Positions 13,201 through 23,650 of a stretch of DNA of 64,000 nt are shown in pieces. The position numbers were made by a program, and so were the translations under genes. The notes under the pieces are model-generated. The model saw only the letters and a list, made by a program, of their open reading frames with translations, did not search any database and had not been told where the DNA came from. Where the stretch lies: contig NIVC01002434.1 in assembly GCA_002269645.1 (NCBI GenBank), positions 62,001 to 126,000 on the forward strand, given 5' to 3'. The DNA is from Macrostomum lignano (taxonomy: Eukaryota). Every line of letters starts with the position of its first letter. Within the stretch, counting starts at the first letter, position 1.

Positions 13201-16200
13201 GTGTCAAGCACCATTCGAACTCCTTCGTTGTCTGTGAACTCTGGGTAGGCTAAGACTTCGGTTGATGTCATTTTCTGCTTTAGTAGCGCAAAGGCCTCAT
13301 CATGGCTCTTAGTCCACTTCTCTTTAAAATTCTGAATTCCCTTCTTAGTTAGCTGGAAGAGCGGGTGCGCTGCTTCCGCGTAATTCTTCACGAACCTACA
13401 GTAATAGTTACATAGACCTAGGAAGCTCCTTAATTCTTTAACGTCCTTAGGCGTCGGCCATGACTGAATTGCTTCTATCTTAGCTGGATCTGTCTTAATT
13501 CCTTCTCTACCAACTATGTGTCCTAGATATTTAAGCTCTTTCTGAAATAGGTTACATTTCTTCGGTCTTAATTTTAATCCGGCTGTTACTAGTCTCTGGA
13601 ACACTTCTCGTAGGTGATCCAGGTGATCCTCAAATTTCGTTGAGTAAGTTACTATGTCGTCAATGTACGACATGGCGAATTTATGTTGAATCCCCATCAA
13701 TACTAGGTTCATTAGTCTCTGGAATGTTCCAGGTGCATTAGATAGTCCCTGCGCCATGACCTGATACTCGAACTGTCCCCTAGTTAAAGTCGAAAATGCT
13801 GTCATGAATTTATCCTCTTCCTTAATTGGTACCTGCCAATAACCTGAATTTAAGTCTAAACTACTGAAATATTGACTTCCCGTTAGATGAGAAAAAGTTT
13901 CCTGAATATTCGGCAACGGATACGGATAATAGTTAACTCGAGAGTTCAAGACTCTGAAATCACTGACAATCCTAATTGTTCCATCTTTCTTAGGCACTAT
14001 TACTAATGGCGTCGAATAAGTGCTATAGCACGGCCTTATTAAATTTTTAGCGAGCATATCGTCTAACTGTTCGTCTACTTGCTTCTGCAGATGTGGTGGT
14101 ATTCTGCGAGTAGGTATTCTGACTGGCGTCGTATCCTTTAGCGAGATTTCGTGGGTCACTAGATGAGTGAGGCCCATCTCCTGGCTTGTCTGCGAGAATG
14201 CTTCCCTATTCTCTTTCAGCAGCTCGACTACCTTTTCTTTCTGCTCTGATGATAGCTCATCTGAGATGTTAATCTCCTGAATCCATTCATCAGTATCAGC
14301 AGTTTCAGCGCATTTCGCGGATTTAACTTGTCCGGTGTCATTCTTGGTAACGAAGTACGTTAGTTCTTCGGCTTTTAATGGCTTGGCAATGCCTACCATT
14401 GCTGATTTCCTAATTACTACGTCGTTGTTCTGCCTATTAATCACTTCTACCACACCAGTTCCATCACTCATCGTTAATAAAGTTGGAACCATATCCAGTG
14501 TGTCATCTTTTACTGAGATATGTCCTTTAGTGGTCTCAATCATCATTGGCGTGCCGAAGTTCATTTCTGCTCGTTTAGCTAGTTTGACTGGTATTCTTAA
14601 AGCACTATTAGCTGGCACAACTACCTTGTCGTGACAGTAGACTCGGCACACTCGTACCGGCAATTTAGTAAACTGCATCGGAATGCAAACTCCGGTTTTT
14701 TAAATCATCATCCCTTTGTCAAAGCTCATACTCTCGCAAAAGTTCATAAAGAAATTCATTCCTAGGATATCATCACACTCATGGTTGCACAGCAGGAAGT
14801 CGGTCACAATTTCTACTTCTCCGAACATTATCTTTATTGTCACTTCTCCTTCGATTCGCACAATTGATCCATCGAATGTGGTCACTCTTTGATCAGATGA
14901 CCTGATCTCTTGTTCTCTACATACTCTTCTCCAAGTAATTTTACTTAGGAAGTTACGACCGGCTCCTGTGTCTAACAGAAAGCGAATATTCTGCTTGCGG
15001 ATCTTTCCGTCAATGACTGCTTCTCGGCCTTTCTTCTCTGTGCCGGCATCTAAACTTGTCTCTTCTTCTGCACTTTCATTCAGCTTGACTTACTCTTCTG
15101 GCTTCGGAGTACTTTTCTTGGGTAAGCAATCAGGTGCACGCGTAGTATTTACATTTGGTACTGTATGTGCGTTCGCATGTTTTTTGTTGGGTTTTCTAAA
15201 CTTATTATAATTTTCGCATGATTTGTGCTTGTACTGCTTATTAACTTTGTATGCATTATTTACAAATTCAGAGGCCTGAATTTTGCTCTGGATTTCGCTA
15301 GAGGGACGTGGCCTCGTTATTCGGCCCTCGCTTCTCAGTTTCCCTGATTATTCGGGCGGTTCTGCATCTTCGGAGCGTTCTGCTTGGCACTCCTGCACTG
15401 CTTTGCAATGTGGCCGATCTTCCCGCAGTTGTAGCAAGTCTGCGGCTGTTGTCTCGGCTGACCCTGGTTCGGGTGCTGCTGCCGGGCGAACATTTGCTGT
15501 CGCGCCTGCGCTCCATTGCCATACTGTGGCGGAACGGGCTGCGGCTGCTGCGGCTGGTATCTCTGTGGATACTGCCTGGCTGCCTGAGCGTACGAATAAT
15601 TCTGCGAAAACTGCTGTTGATTATTCTGCATCTTCTCCTCTCTTAGCTCCTGCAAAGCTCTCTTCTGCTGTTCAATCTCGAACTTCTGCTTCCTAATGAT
15701 CTCTTTCAGTCTTTCTTGTTCTTCCTCGCTCTTAGCTACTCTCATGCCTGAATTCCTGCGTGACATGTTCCAGGCTGCTTCCATTCTCCTCAGCATTCTT
15801 CTGGCTTCCTGCAGATTAGCTGGCTGAGCGAAGATCAGTTTCTCGCGGGTTTCCGGTGGAACTCTCACACCCTTGATGAACTGTTCCACGATCTCCTCTT
15901 CCCGCTGTTCCACAGTCATGTTTGGGAAGGCTCGCGAAGCTAGCTCAATTAGACAATCGGTGTACGATTCTACTAACTCATTTCTGCCTTGCATTCGGCC
16001 TCTAAATTCTTCCCTAAACTCTGCTGAACTGCCAATTCTGCCAAAGCGTTCTACAAGTCTTTCTTTAAATTCTTCGTACTCCAGATCATCTGGGAGGTTC
16101 AGACGCTGCACTGCTGCGAATGCAGTAGCCAGGTCGAGGTTCGCGAGAAGCTCTTGCTTCCGGTGATCTTCTTCGATACCCTCAGCTTCACAGCGCTGGT

Positions 16201-19200
16201 CGAAGGCAGTCAGCCAGATCCTGATATCTTGACCTGGCGTGAATTTCTGGATTTTCACATGCCTTTGTGGTCCTAACTCTAACCTGTTTCTTAGCTCTTC
16301 AGCTAGCATCGCAATCGCATCATTTGCGTTGGCCATCTCTGATCTTGTCAGGTTCTGCTATTTCTCTAGTCTTCTAAGGTTTTTGCCGTTTCTCTGATCT
16401 AAATCTCGCCGTTTATCTGATCTAAATCTCGCCGTTTCTCTGATCCTTTACGCTGCCACCAAAAGCTGTCCCAGGGCTCTTATTTATTCCTTTGTCTAGC
16501 CTTACTTGCTGCCACCAAAGTTATCGTAGGGGTGCTCCCGTACGATACAAAATCCTACCGCTGTAACCAAAGTTGTTACAAAGCTATTTCTCCTTAACAA
16601 TTCTACTGGTTGTTAATTGTATTTCTACTGGTTGTTAATTGTATTTCTACTGGTAGCGCATGTACTTCTATTGATAGCGTATGTACTTCTATTGTACTTT
16701 CTGGCCTGAGCGGTCTACTAGCACTGGCTATTCTATTCCTATATTCCTCTAAAGATATTATTCTCTCAGTCCTGGCGTTCCCGGGATCAGAGGGTCACAG
16801 CTCTAAAGCGAAATCTCTGCCCTGAGGCGTTTATTCCTGCTCTGAAGCGATTCTTCTGCCCTGAGGCGAATATAGCACTTTCCTACCCTGAGGCAATTCT
16901 CGCTTTTAGCAGATTTCTGACTCTCAATGTGAGGATTTCAATCTTAGCAAATAACTAAGTCTTAAAAATACTGCGAGTAACAATTTCTAGGTTTGCTTAT
17001 CTGAAGCCAAGAGGCAGCAAACGAATACGAAACGAGTTGAAGCGAAGCGAAGCGATTCGCGTTTCGAGTTTATTATTCCTGGCCCAAACTGGGCTCCTAT
17101 TTATACACTTTTTCGGCGTAAATTTTAACAAAATAATAATTTTCGAAAATATTTTTGCAGATCACAACGTTTAAACAAAATATTTAGTTTTTCGTGCAAA
17201 TTTGAATAAAAGCTTTCTAAGAAATACCGTATTCGTGCATAAAATAGTTGTTACTTCTTAGGCACTATATCATATAAATCACTATTAGAATCCCAAGATT
17301 AGGAATTTAGGGATTACTATTAGAATCCCAAGGTTAAGGATTTCTAATTTGGGGATCACTATCAGAATCTTAGGGTTGGGAATTTGGTAATCATTATTAG
17401 AATCATAAGGTTAAGGATTTCTGATTTGGGGATCACTATCAAAATCCCAAAGTTAAAGATTTCCAATTTGGGGATCACTATCAGAATCCTAGTATTGGAG
17501 ATTTGTTGATTACTATTATAGAATCCTAGGTTTGGGGATTTGGATCACTATCAGAATCCTAAGGTTAAAGATTTCTAATTTGGGGATCACTATCAGAATC
17601 CTAGGATTAGGGATTTGGGGATCACTATCAGAACCCCACGATTGGGAATTTGGAAATCACTATCAGAATCCCAGGATTGGGGATTTAGGGATCACAATAA
17701 CAATCCCAGGATTTAGGATTTGAGGATCACAATTGAAATCCCAAGATTGGGGAAAACAATCTGTTTGAGAAGTACAGTTTAGATTCCCAGGGTTTGAGAT
17801 ATAAAGCTGCGATTTAAAAATGGGTCAACCTATATTTGATAATCTAATCCACTTTCAGATATCCTAGTTGCCAATCCTTCAGCCAATGAGCTGGCTCTGC
17901 AGCAGCTGGTTGAAACAATAAAACAACGCTTCGACAGTCTGCATGGGGGATTGGCCAATAACAATCAGGTATTGGAGGGCTTGACTGCCAAGTTGCAGTG
18001 CCAGCAATTATCAGCAAATAGCTCTGCTACTAGAGGCAGTCCTTCTGGTCAGGATGCTACAGATGGTCAGGTGAATATCATGTTTATTGGTAGTAATAAA
18101 TGTTATGCAGTACATGCATATGTTGTTTCATGATCTTTAAGTCACGATTTAGTAATCCTTCATGCGCAACACCCGGCCAAGCTGGCAAAATGCCCACCCG
18201 AAATTTGGACGTAGTAGTAATTAGGTGACGAGGTATTTAGCCTTTACTATACAGTCATATTTACTCTTGCCGTTTACCCAAAACGTTAATTTTGCTTACG
18301 CAGGTAAGTCGCATTTTTGGTCAAAAAGTAAGTGTCACGTCCGGTTTAAATCAGAGGGTTAGGGTTCCGCATGTATGGTGACAATCATGGTAAAATAATG
18401 TTCAAACCACGGTTTATAGTAATGTACTGATGTCTGATCATGTTTTAACCATGTCTCCACTGTAAAAATGAACAGTGCAAACCCAAGTAGCTTCTCAAAC
18501 GCATTAAACAGGACTCTCAGGAACTGCGCTCCGAGCTAGCAAAGCTGTGCAATCGCCAAGAAGAGTGGCAGCAGACCATTGACGACTACGCCAAGCTGAA
18601 GAGCCAGTACGGCCTGCTGATCAACACTAGAGAGAGGTTGGAAGAGGAGCGGGACGAACTGCTCCGGCGGATACAGCAACAGCAACAGGACAAAAATAAA
18701 CAGACTGAGTCAGAGGCTGCTGCAGCTTTCCAAACCGATGATCAGATGAGGAAGAGAGTCTGCGAGCTGGAGTCTTTGCTGCAAGAGAAGATTGATGAGT
18801 GAGCCGCAATCTCTTGTCTCCCCTCTCCTGTCTCCCCTCTCTTGTCTCCCCTCTCCTGTCTCCCCTCTCCTGCCCCCTCTCTTGTCTACCCTCTCCTGTC
18901 TCCCCCTCTCCTGTCTACCCTCTCCTGTCTCCCCCTGTCCTGTCTCCCCCTCCTATTTCCCCCCTCCTGTCTTCCCTCTCCTGTCTCCCCCTCCTATCTC
19001 CCCTCTACACTCTCCCCTTTACACTCTCCTCTCCGGTCGCCCCCTCTTTAGTCTCCTCATATCCATTTCTCGTGTCTCCGGTCTGCTTACACTTACCTTA
19101 GCATGAGCAGTGAGCAGGCGAACACTTGTTCACGAAAGCTCAAATTGTTTTGCTCCGCAGAATCGCCAGCCTGTCAGACGCAAATTGTACTTTTAGAAAC

Positions 19201-22076
19201 GAACTACAAACGCTGGAAATGACAAACCAGTGAGCATTCAAAAGTTTTTGGAAAGTAAAATTCACGTACATATACTTTACCTGTTTAGTTATAAACAGTT
19301 TTAAACTAATAAGTATTTTTTAATAAACAGGGAATCAAGCGAGGTTGTGGCTCAACTTACGCAGGAGGTGAAGACACTGCGCGGCGAGTTGGACTTTGAA
19401 CGGGCTAAACTGTTGTAAGTGAATAAAAGTTGATATCGTGATAATTATAATTATAATAATACTATAGGGAAGAATTGCCCCAATCTACTAGAAAAAATCG
19501 CCCTAATCTACTGGGAAGAACCGCCCTAATCTACTGGGAAGAATCGCCCTAAACTACTGGGAAGAAGAAGAATCGCCCTTAATCTACTGGGAAGAAGTAG
19601 AATCGCCCGTAATCTACTGGGAAAAATCGCCCCTAATCTACTGGGAAGAAGAAGAATCGCCCGTAATCTACTGGGAAAAATCGCCCCTAATCTACTGGCA
19701 AGAAGAAGAATCGCCCTTAATCTACTGGGAAGAATCGCCCCTAATCTACAGGGAAGAATCGCCCCTAATCTACTGGGAAGAATCGCCCCTAATCTTCATA
19801 GGTACACCTGCCTCCTAAACCAAAACACCTATCCTTCAGCGAACAAGAGCTAAACTTCAAAGACTCTCTAACCGACCTGCGTGAGAACAGCGGCGTTCAA
19901 CAATTGGAGCAGCTCCGAGTTGAACTGCAAAATCGAAAGCGTCGTGAGCAGGAGCAGCAGAGGCTGTACGGTGAAAGCGACCAAGCTGTTAATGACATTC
20001 TCAGACAGGCCGAGGAAGCCAATGCCGAGGTTGACAGGCTGAAAAAGCAGCAAGTTGTCATGGAGACCAGCCTAGCTGATAATGCCCGCCGTATGGAAGA
20101 GATTGTTAGTAAAGAACTACACGAAAGAGAGCGAGCAAACGAACTTGATGAAAGAATAAAACGCCTGATTAATGAGCATTTGACTGAGAGGCACCAGCTG
20201 CAAGAGAGAATTGGGTCAGTTTTTTGCTTTTAAAAGACATTAGTTACAAATTCAATCAACGTATACTCAACAACAATAAATAGTCGCCACCTTTGAGAGT
20301 GCGCAGTAAATTCTAGCTCAGTATTGACTTTTGAGTGACGCAACTTGCGCCACGCGACGCAGAGCTGGGCTGGGTGAGGAGGGATTGGGAAGAGCGGAGG
20401 GCAAAGACTGGATGGATTGAAGCTTCCGCCCGGTTTTCAAATTGTTTTTTTCCAGCATTTTTAAAATCAAAATGGTTGACCAGGTGATAGACGCTGGTCG
20501 AAAGACACTGCCCACTGGGGCAAAGGGCGGCGACTTTTCAATGTTGCTGAGTATATTGAGCGATTTCCAACCTAGGGGGCGTACGATTGTAGCTATTCTG
20601 CCCGTTGAAAACGTTACCGTGACAAGAATCGCTAGGGTGATCGCCAGCAGCCCAGTAGTGACGCTAGCGACTCTTCTCACTCTTTAACGACTCAAGCGAC
20701 TGTAATGCAACGATCACGGCGACTGTCGAGTCAAGCGCGCATCACGTGGGTTGTAGAATCGTAAAAAAGTCGTCCAAGAGTCGTGTTTAAGCGCCTCACT
20801 TTCTACTAACTCAAGTAGACTAAATAGAGTTGTTATAAATGCGAGACACGATTTTAATTCATAAAATGACGCTGATGCGCTTTAGACTCAACTCAGTGAC
20901 TACTCAGTGCTCGTAGAAGCGCCCCAGAGTCACTTGCATCGCCCCAGCGTCGTTTCTGAGTTGCAGATGATAAAACGTCTCAAATTGACTTTTAGGCGAC
21001 TGTTTGACGACTTTTTGGCAACTTGTACCGTGACATCTCGTCGTTTTAGAGTCGTCTAGAGTCACGATAGGAAAGGGAATCTGGGAAGCCTCTTAGGCCT
21101 AGGTACTGTTCTCATTGGGTTGTTACCTAGGCCAAGAAGCGTCCCAAAGTTGTTTTAGAGTTGTTGCAGATGACATGGATAAAATAGGAAAGAAGTGACT
21201 TTAAACGACTTTGAAACGACGAGACGTCACGGTCACGTTACAAGTCGTCAAATAGTCGCTTGAGAGTCACTTTAAAGCGTTTTGTTTCCTGCGGCTCTGA
21301 AACGACTCTGGGGCCGTAAAGTCGTAGTTGAGGCGTTCTAAAGTCACTGTGTCACAACGATTCTTGGACGAATCTTACGATTCTACAACTACGTGACGCG
21401 CTCGTGACGCAACTGTCGCCTCTCCGTCGCATTAGAGACATATGAGTCGTTAAAAAGTCACAAGATTTGCACCAGAGTCGCTAGTGTCACTAGAGTTGTT
21501 TGAAATGACTTTAGCGGCTATTTGGGTCCTAACAGAGGCTATTTGGTTGCTGTCACCACACTTATTTGGGCTATTTATGTGATTTATCACATAACAACCA
21601 GCAGTCCTCCATTCTCAATCTGCAGCCAATTAAAGACGGCCCATCGTGAGGAGCTGAAATCTCAGCTGGAGCAGCAATCCAAAGAGTCTGACCGCACAGT
21701 GAACGACATCATAGCTGCTGCCGAGTGCGACAAGCAGGCCATGCAGAAGGAGATCGGCGATCTGAAAGCGCGCCTAGCCAACGCCGAAGAGCTGCTCAGG
21801 CGTCGAACCGATGAGCTCAACGCCTCAACGGATGCTGTATCAAATATGCAGCGATACTCGGAGAGTCTACAGGCTGAAAGGCACGCCTTGAAACGACAAC
21901 TGGCGGACTGTCAGAGCAAGTGCTCGGAAGCCGCTGATCAGGCGGTGCACTTTAGAAATCTGAGCGAGAGTAGGGCAAATAGGGTCAGGTGAGTTTTTTT
22001 ATTTATGACAATCAGGTGTCTGTGGGTCAGTGGGTCTGCGTCTGTGGGTCTGGGCATAGATAGGTAGATAGATAGT

Positions 22077-22112
<36 letters not shown>

Positions 22113-23650
22113 GACAAACCATTTTTAGTATATTTATTAGATAATTTGCACACACGTATTCTACAAAACGCATTACAGAGAGCTGGAGAGTCAACTATCG
22201 AGTCTGCAGGTCGAGCACACCCAGTTGAGGACAAACTACAGCCAATTGGAGCACAGACTCACTGACAGCTTGGGTCAGGAGCAGACTTGGAAGCGTAAAG
22301 CTGATGAGGCGCAGGACACAATGGGCGAATACGCTCGGTCTATGGACAACTGTCGGCGAGCTTTCGAGCAGGAAGTTCGAGAAAAGGAGACTCTGAAGAT
22401 GGAGCGCGATCAGCTGAAGAGGGAGCGGGATCAGCTGTTTGACCAGGTCAACCGGGTTCGATGCGCCTTTGAGCAGCAAAATGAGACCATGTAATTGCTT
22501 TGATTTTACTAAACATTTCTTAAAACTACTTCTATCTAAAAGTCGGTAGAATTTATAAAAAAGTGTTATACACCTGATTCAGTTTTTTGCACCTGATTCA
22601 CACTCTTTGATTGAACTCTACTCTATTTTCTTAGAACACTACAACTTGTACATGTACATACACGTTTTTTCGGCCGGTAATTGGGTCTGTCCCCTGTTTT
22701 CAGTTCTAAGAAATTCTCACGTCGATTCCACGCTTTTACTTTAATTCTGTCATCATTTTTAAAATACATACTGCATTCACTCTTTTCTTTGCTGTCAAAT
22801 CTTTTTGTTTCTAGCGAAACATTCAATGCGCTCGTCCGTAAATGAAATTCCTTTTGTTTGTTCTTGAATGATAAACATGTAAAGCAAGTCGAAACTTAAA
22901 TTAAAGCTTAAAAAGGTGCTCTGAACGGTAAATTTTTAATAGAAATCGCGAGTATTATAAACTTTAACATTCGTACTGATCTCTTTTTCTGTTTCAACCG
23001 TCTTTGCTAACGTAATTTTTACATGTACGTGTACCCTAGTGAAAATTTTGATACGCGTATACCCGGTACATGTGAAGAAGTTATTTAACTTAAATAATCC
23101 ACATAGCGTTGTTAAAGTCCTGGGAAAGGAATAAAAATATTTTTTTCATTTATTTGTTGTTACATTTGCCTTCTCTAAAACTACATGTACAGCTCTACAA
23201 CCCGACATTTTCAAGACGTTTCATACAGAGACCCGTACTACAGTATAGACACGAATTGAATAAACTCACGATGTATTCGTGCTGCGCTGGGTCTGAGAGT
23301 CACTTTTGGAGAATACTTTTGTTTGACTGGCCTTAGGCAAAAAATTTCCATCGGAATATTTAATATCTATTTTAGGAAGAAAATCTATTGTTTCCATAAT
23401 CAAAATTTTGTTTTCATTGAGATCATGGATTTGGTTTGCACGTCTTCAAATTTACTCTCTATTTTAACAAATTGAACATTTGAAACCGAGCAAACTGTAG
23501 ATTATTATGTAAAAACGAAATACGATTAGCTCTTTTTAATACTAATTACATGTATTTAGCTTTTTATGTAGATTAATACTTTAATTTATTTAGAAGGCAA
23601 ATTTCTTTTCCAGAAACAACAGAAGTCAGCCCGCCCGCAAGTCTTGGTAG
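7279..23650 (+). CDS. Multi-exon coiled-coil protein (about 640 aa) with N-terminal LIR-like motif; possible TNIP/OPTN/NEMO-like scaffold
   Basis: Phase-consistent GT-AG exons: 7279-7438, 17859-18069, 18491-18798, 19161-19229, 19331-19414, 19840-20214, 21626-21988, 22179-22490, 23614-23650 (TAG). Heptad-rich E/Q/L/R/K sequence. The family assignment is inference. Confidence 0.75.
7920..8180. repeat. Degenerate about 30-bp minisatellite with AATCCTAGGATT palindrome (left part, split by the Gypsy insertion)
   Basis: Repeating gggatcactattagaatcctaggattgggaattt-like units. The array resumes at 17277. Confidence 0.75.
8185..9000 (-). repeat. 3' LTR (816 bp)
   Basis: Near-identical to 16467-17272. 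Preceded on the minus strand by the PPT-like agggaaggcaagt. Confidence 0.95.
9221..9365. repeat. About 30-bp tandem repeat (about 4 copies) in the Gypsy 3' UTR
   Basis: The unit aatgctacaggtgcaaagaacaatgtcaat is repeated. Confidence 0.85.
9418..10431 (-). CDS. Gypsy accessory ORF3, 337 aa, Pro/Ala/Gln-rich N-terminus plus about 110-aa C-terminal domain; function unknown
   Basis: Intact ATG-initiated ORF between pol and the 3' LTR on the element's sense strand. A candidate splice acceptor (cattcatttgtAG/g, AG at 10450-10449) lies 17 nt upstream of the ATG. Confidence 0.75.
   Translation of the reverse strand: MEDDHLDNFIRELLGLDDDMADLQPAEPAAEQAAEPNAEQQPGAAPADQPPAQPEVRPAARSASPEQQPAPSAARLETSPAASSAAGQPAVEDAPLRQPTRPKAVPGTSKRSAASAESVPAKRAAILEAQAKAPVKSVIKRPCAEEGRRALQLEAPPPRQSTPRPRHAPPQRQPQQQQPPLPRRQPAPARQQPPPQQPLRQPSPLHQPVPRQPLQPLQPVPQPPQHHEAALNLLAIHGVPLERVVHGVRIYLGRIAHLRLDQALPQRAYLWPSLRHLRARLTREEAVIVLQYAADRFRGDVDTSRPFQRQLVNIELHWIFAQLGWPEYRDLPHNCNF
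10821..15340 (-). CDS. pol: Gypsy pol (protease, dUTPase-like spacer, RT, RNase H, integrase) with two in-frame TAA stops
   Basis: FLLDTGAG (protease), YIDD (RT), LDTDAS (RNase H), HDSPLAGH..CIPC, HIDLIGP, TDNG and GLVERFN (integrase). The 1285-aa ORF 10821-14678 is intact. In-frame TAA at 15090-15092 and 14700-14702. Confidence 0.93.
15335..16336 (-). CDS. gag: Gypsy Gag, 333 aa, with CCHC zinc knuckle
   Basis: Capsid-like motifs (WLTAFD, EQFIKG) and CYNCGKIGHIAKQC. It directly follows the PBS/leader. Confidence 0.93.
   Translation of the reverse strand: MANANDAIAMLAEELRNRLELGPQRHVKIQKFTPGQDIRIWLTAFDQRCEAEGIEEDHRKQELLANLDLATAFAAVQRLNLPDDLEYEEFKERLVERFGRIGSSAEFREEFRGRMQGRNELVESYTDCLIELASRAFPNMTVEQREEEIVEQFIKGVRVPPETREKLIFAQPANLQEARRMLRRMEAAWNMSRRNSGMRVAKSEEEQERLKEIIRKQKFEIEQQKRALQELREEKMQNNQQQFSQNYSYAQAARQYPQRYQPQQPQPVPPQYGNGAQARQQMFARQQHPNQGQPRQQPQTCYNCGKIGHIAKQCRSAKQNAPKMQNRPNNQGN
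15338..15344 (-). promoter_or_regulatory. -1 programmed ribosomal frameshift slippery site G GGA AAC
   Basis: An XXXYYYZ heptamer in the gag frame immediately before the gag TGA. The -1 frame is open into the pre-protease linker. A GAGGG..CCCUC hairpin follows. Confidence 0.8.
16451..16461 (-). promoter_or_regulatory. Primer-binding site TGGTGGCAGCG (tRNA-Leu AAG/UAG type)
   Basis: Lies 5 nt from the 5' LTR end. Complementary to the CGCUGCCACCA 3' end of metazoan tRNA-Leu(AAG/UAG), using a recalled tRNA sequence. Confidence 0.8.
16467..17272 (-). repeat. 5' LTR (806 bp)
   Basis: TGATATAGTG..GGGACA on the minus strand. Candidate TATA box TATAAATA at about 17098-17105. Confidence 0.95.
17277..17750. 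repeat. Degenerate about 30-bp palindromic minisatellite (right part)
   Basis: ggggatcactatcagaatcctaggattgggaattt-like units. Same family as 7920-8180. Confidence 0.8.
18810..19070. repeat. Pyrimidine-rich low-complexity tract (tctcccctctcctg)n, intronic
   Basis: Directly visible C/T repeat. Confidence 0.85.
19470..19795. repeat. About 23-28-bp minisatellite aatctactgggaagaatcgccct, intronic
   Basis: About 12 imperfect tandem copies. Confidence 0.9.
20490..21602. mobile_element. Large foldback (imperfect palindrome) element, intronic
   Basis: 20655-20800 is the reverse complement of about 21320-21500, and 20940-21065 of about 21195-21320. A deleted copy lies at 57597-57676. Confidence 0.7.

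Larger units (their letters stand above)
8185..17272 (-). mobile_element. Full-length, recently inserted Ty3/Gypsy LTR retrotransposon with extra ORF3
   Basis: LTRs 8185-9000 and 16467-17272 have TG..CA ends, about 9 substitutions counted by eye and one 10-bp indel. TSD is TATA (8181-8184 and 17273-17276). PBS at 16451-16461, PPT at 9001-9015, order gag-pro-RT-RH-IN. Confidence 0.97.
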
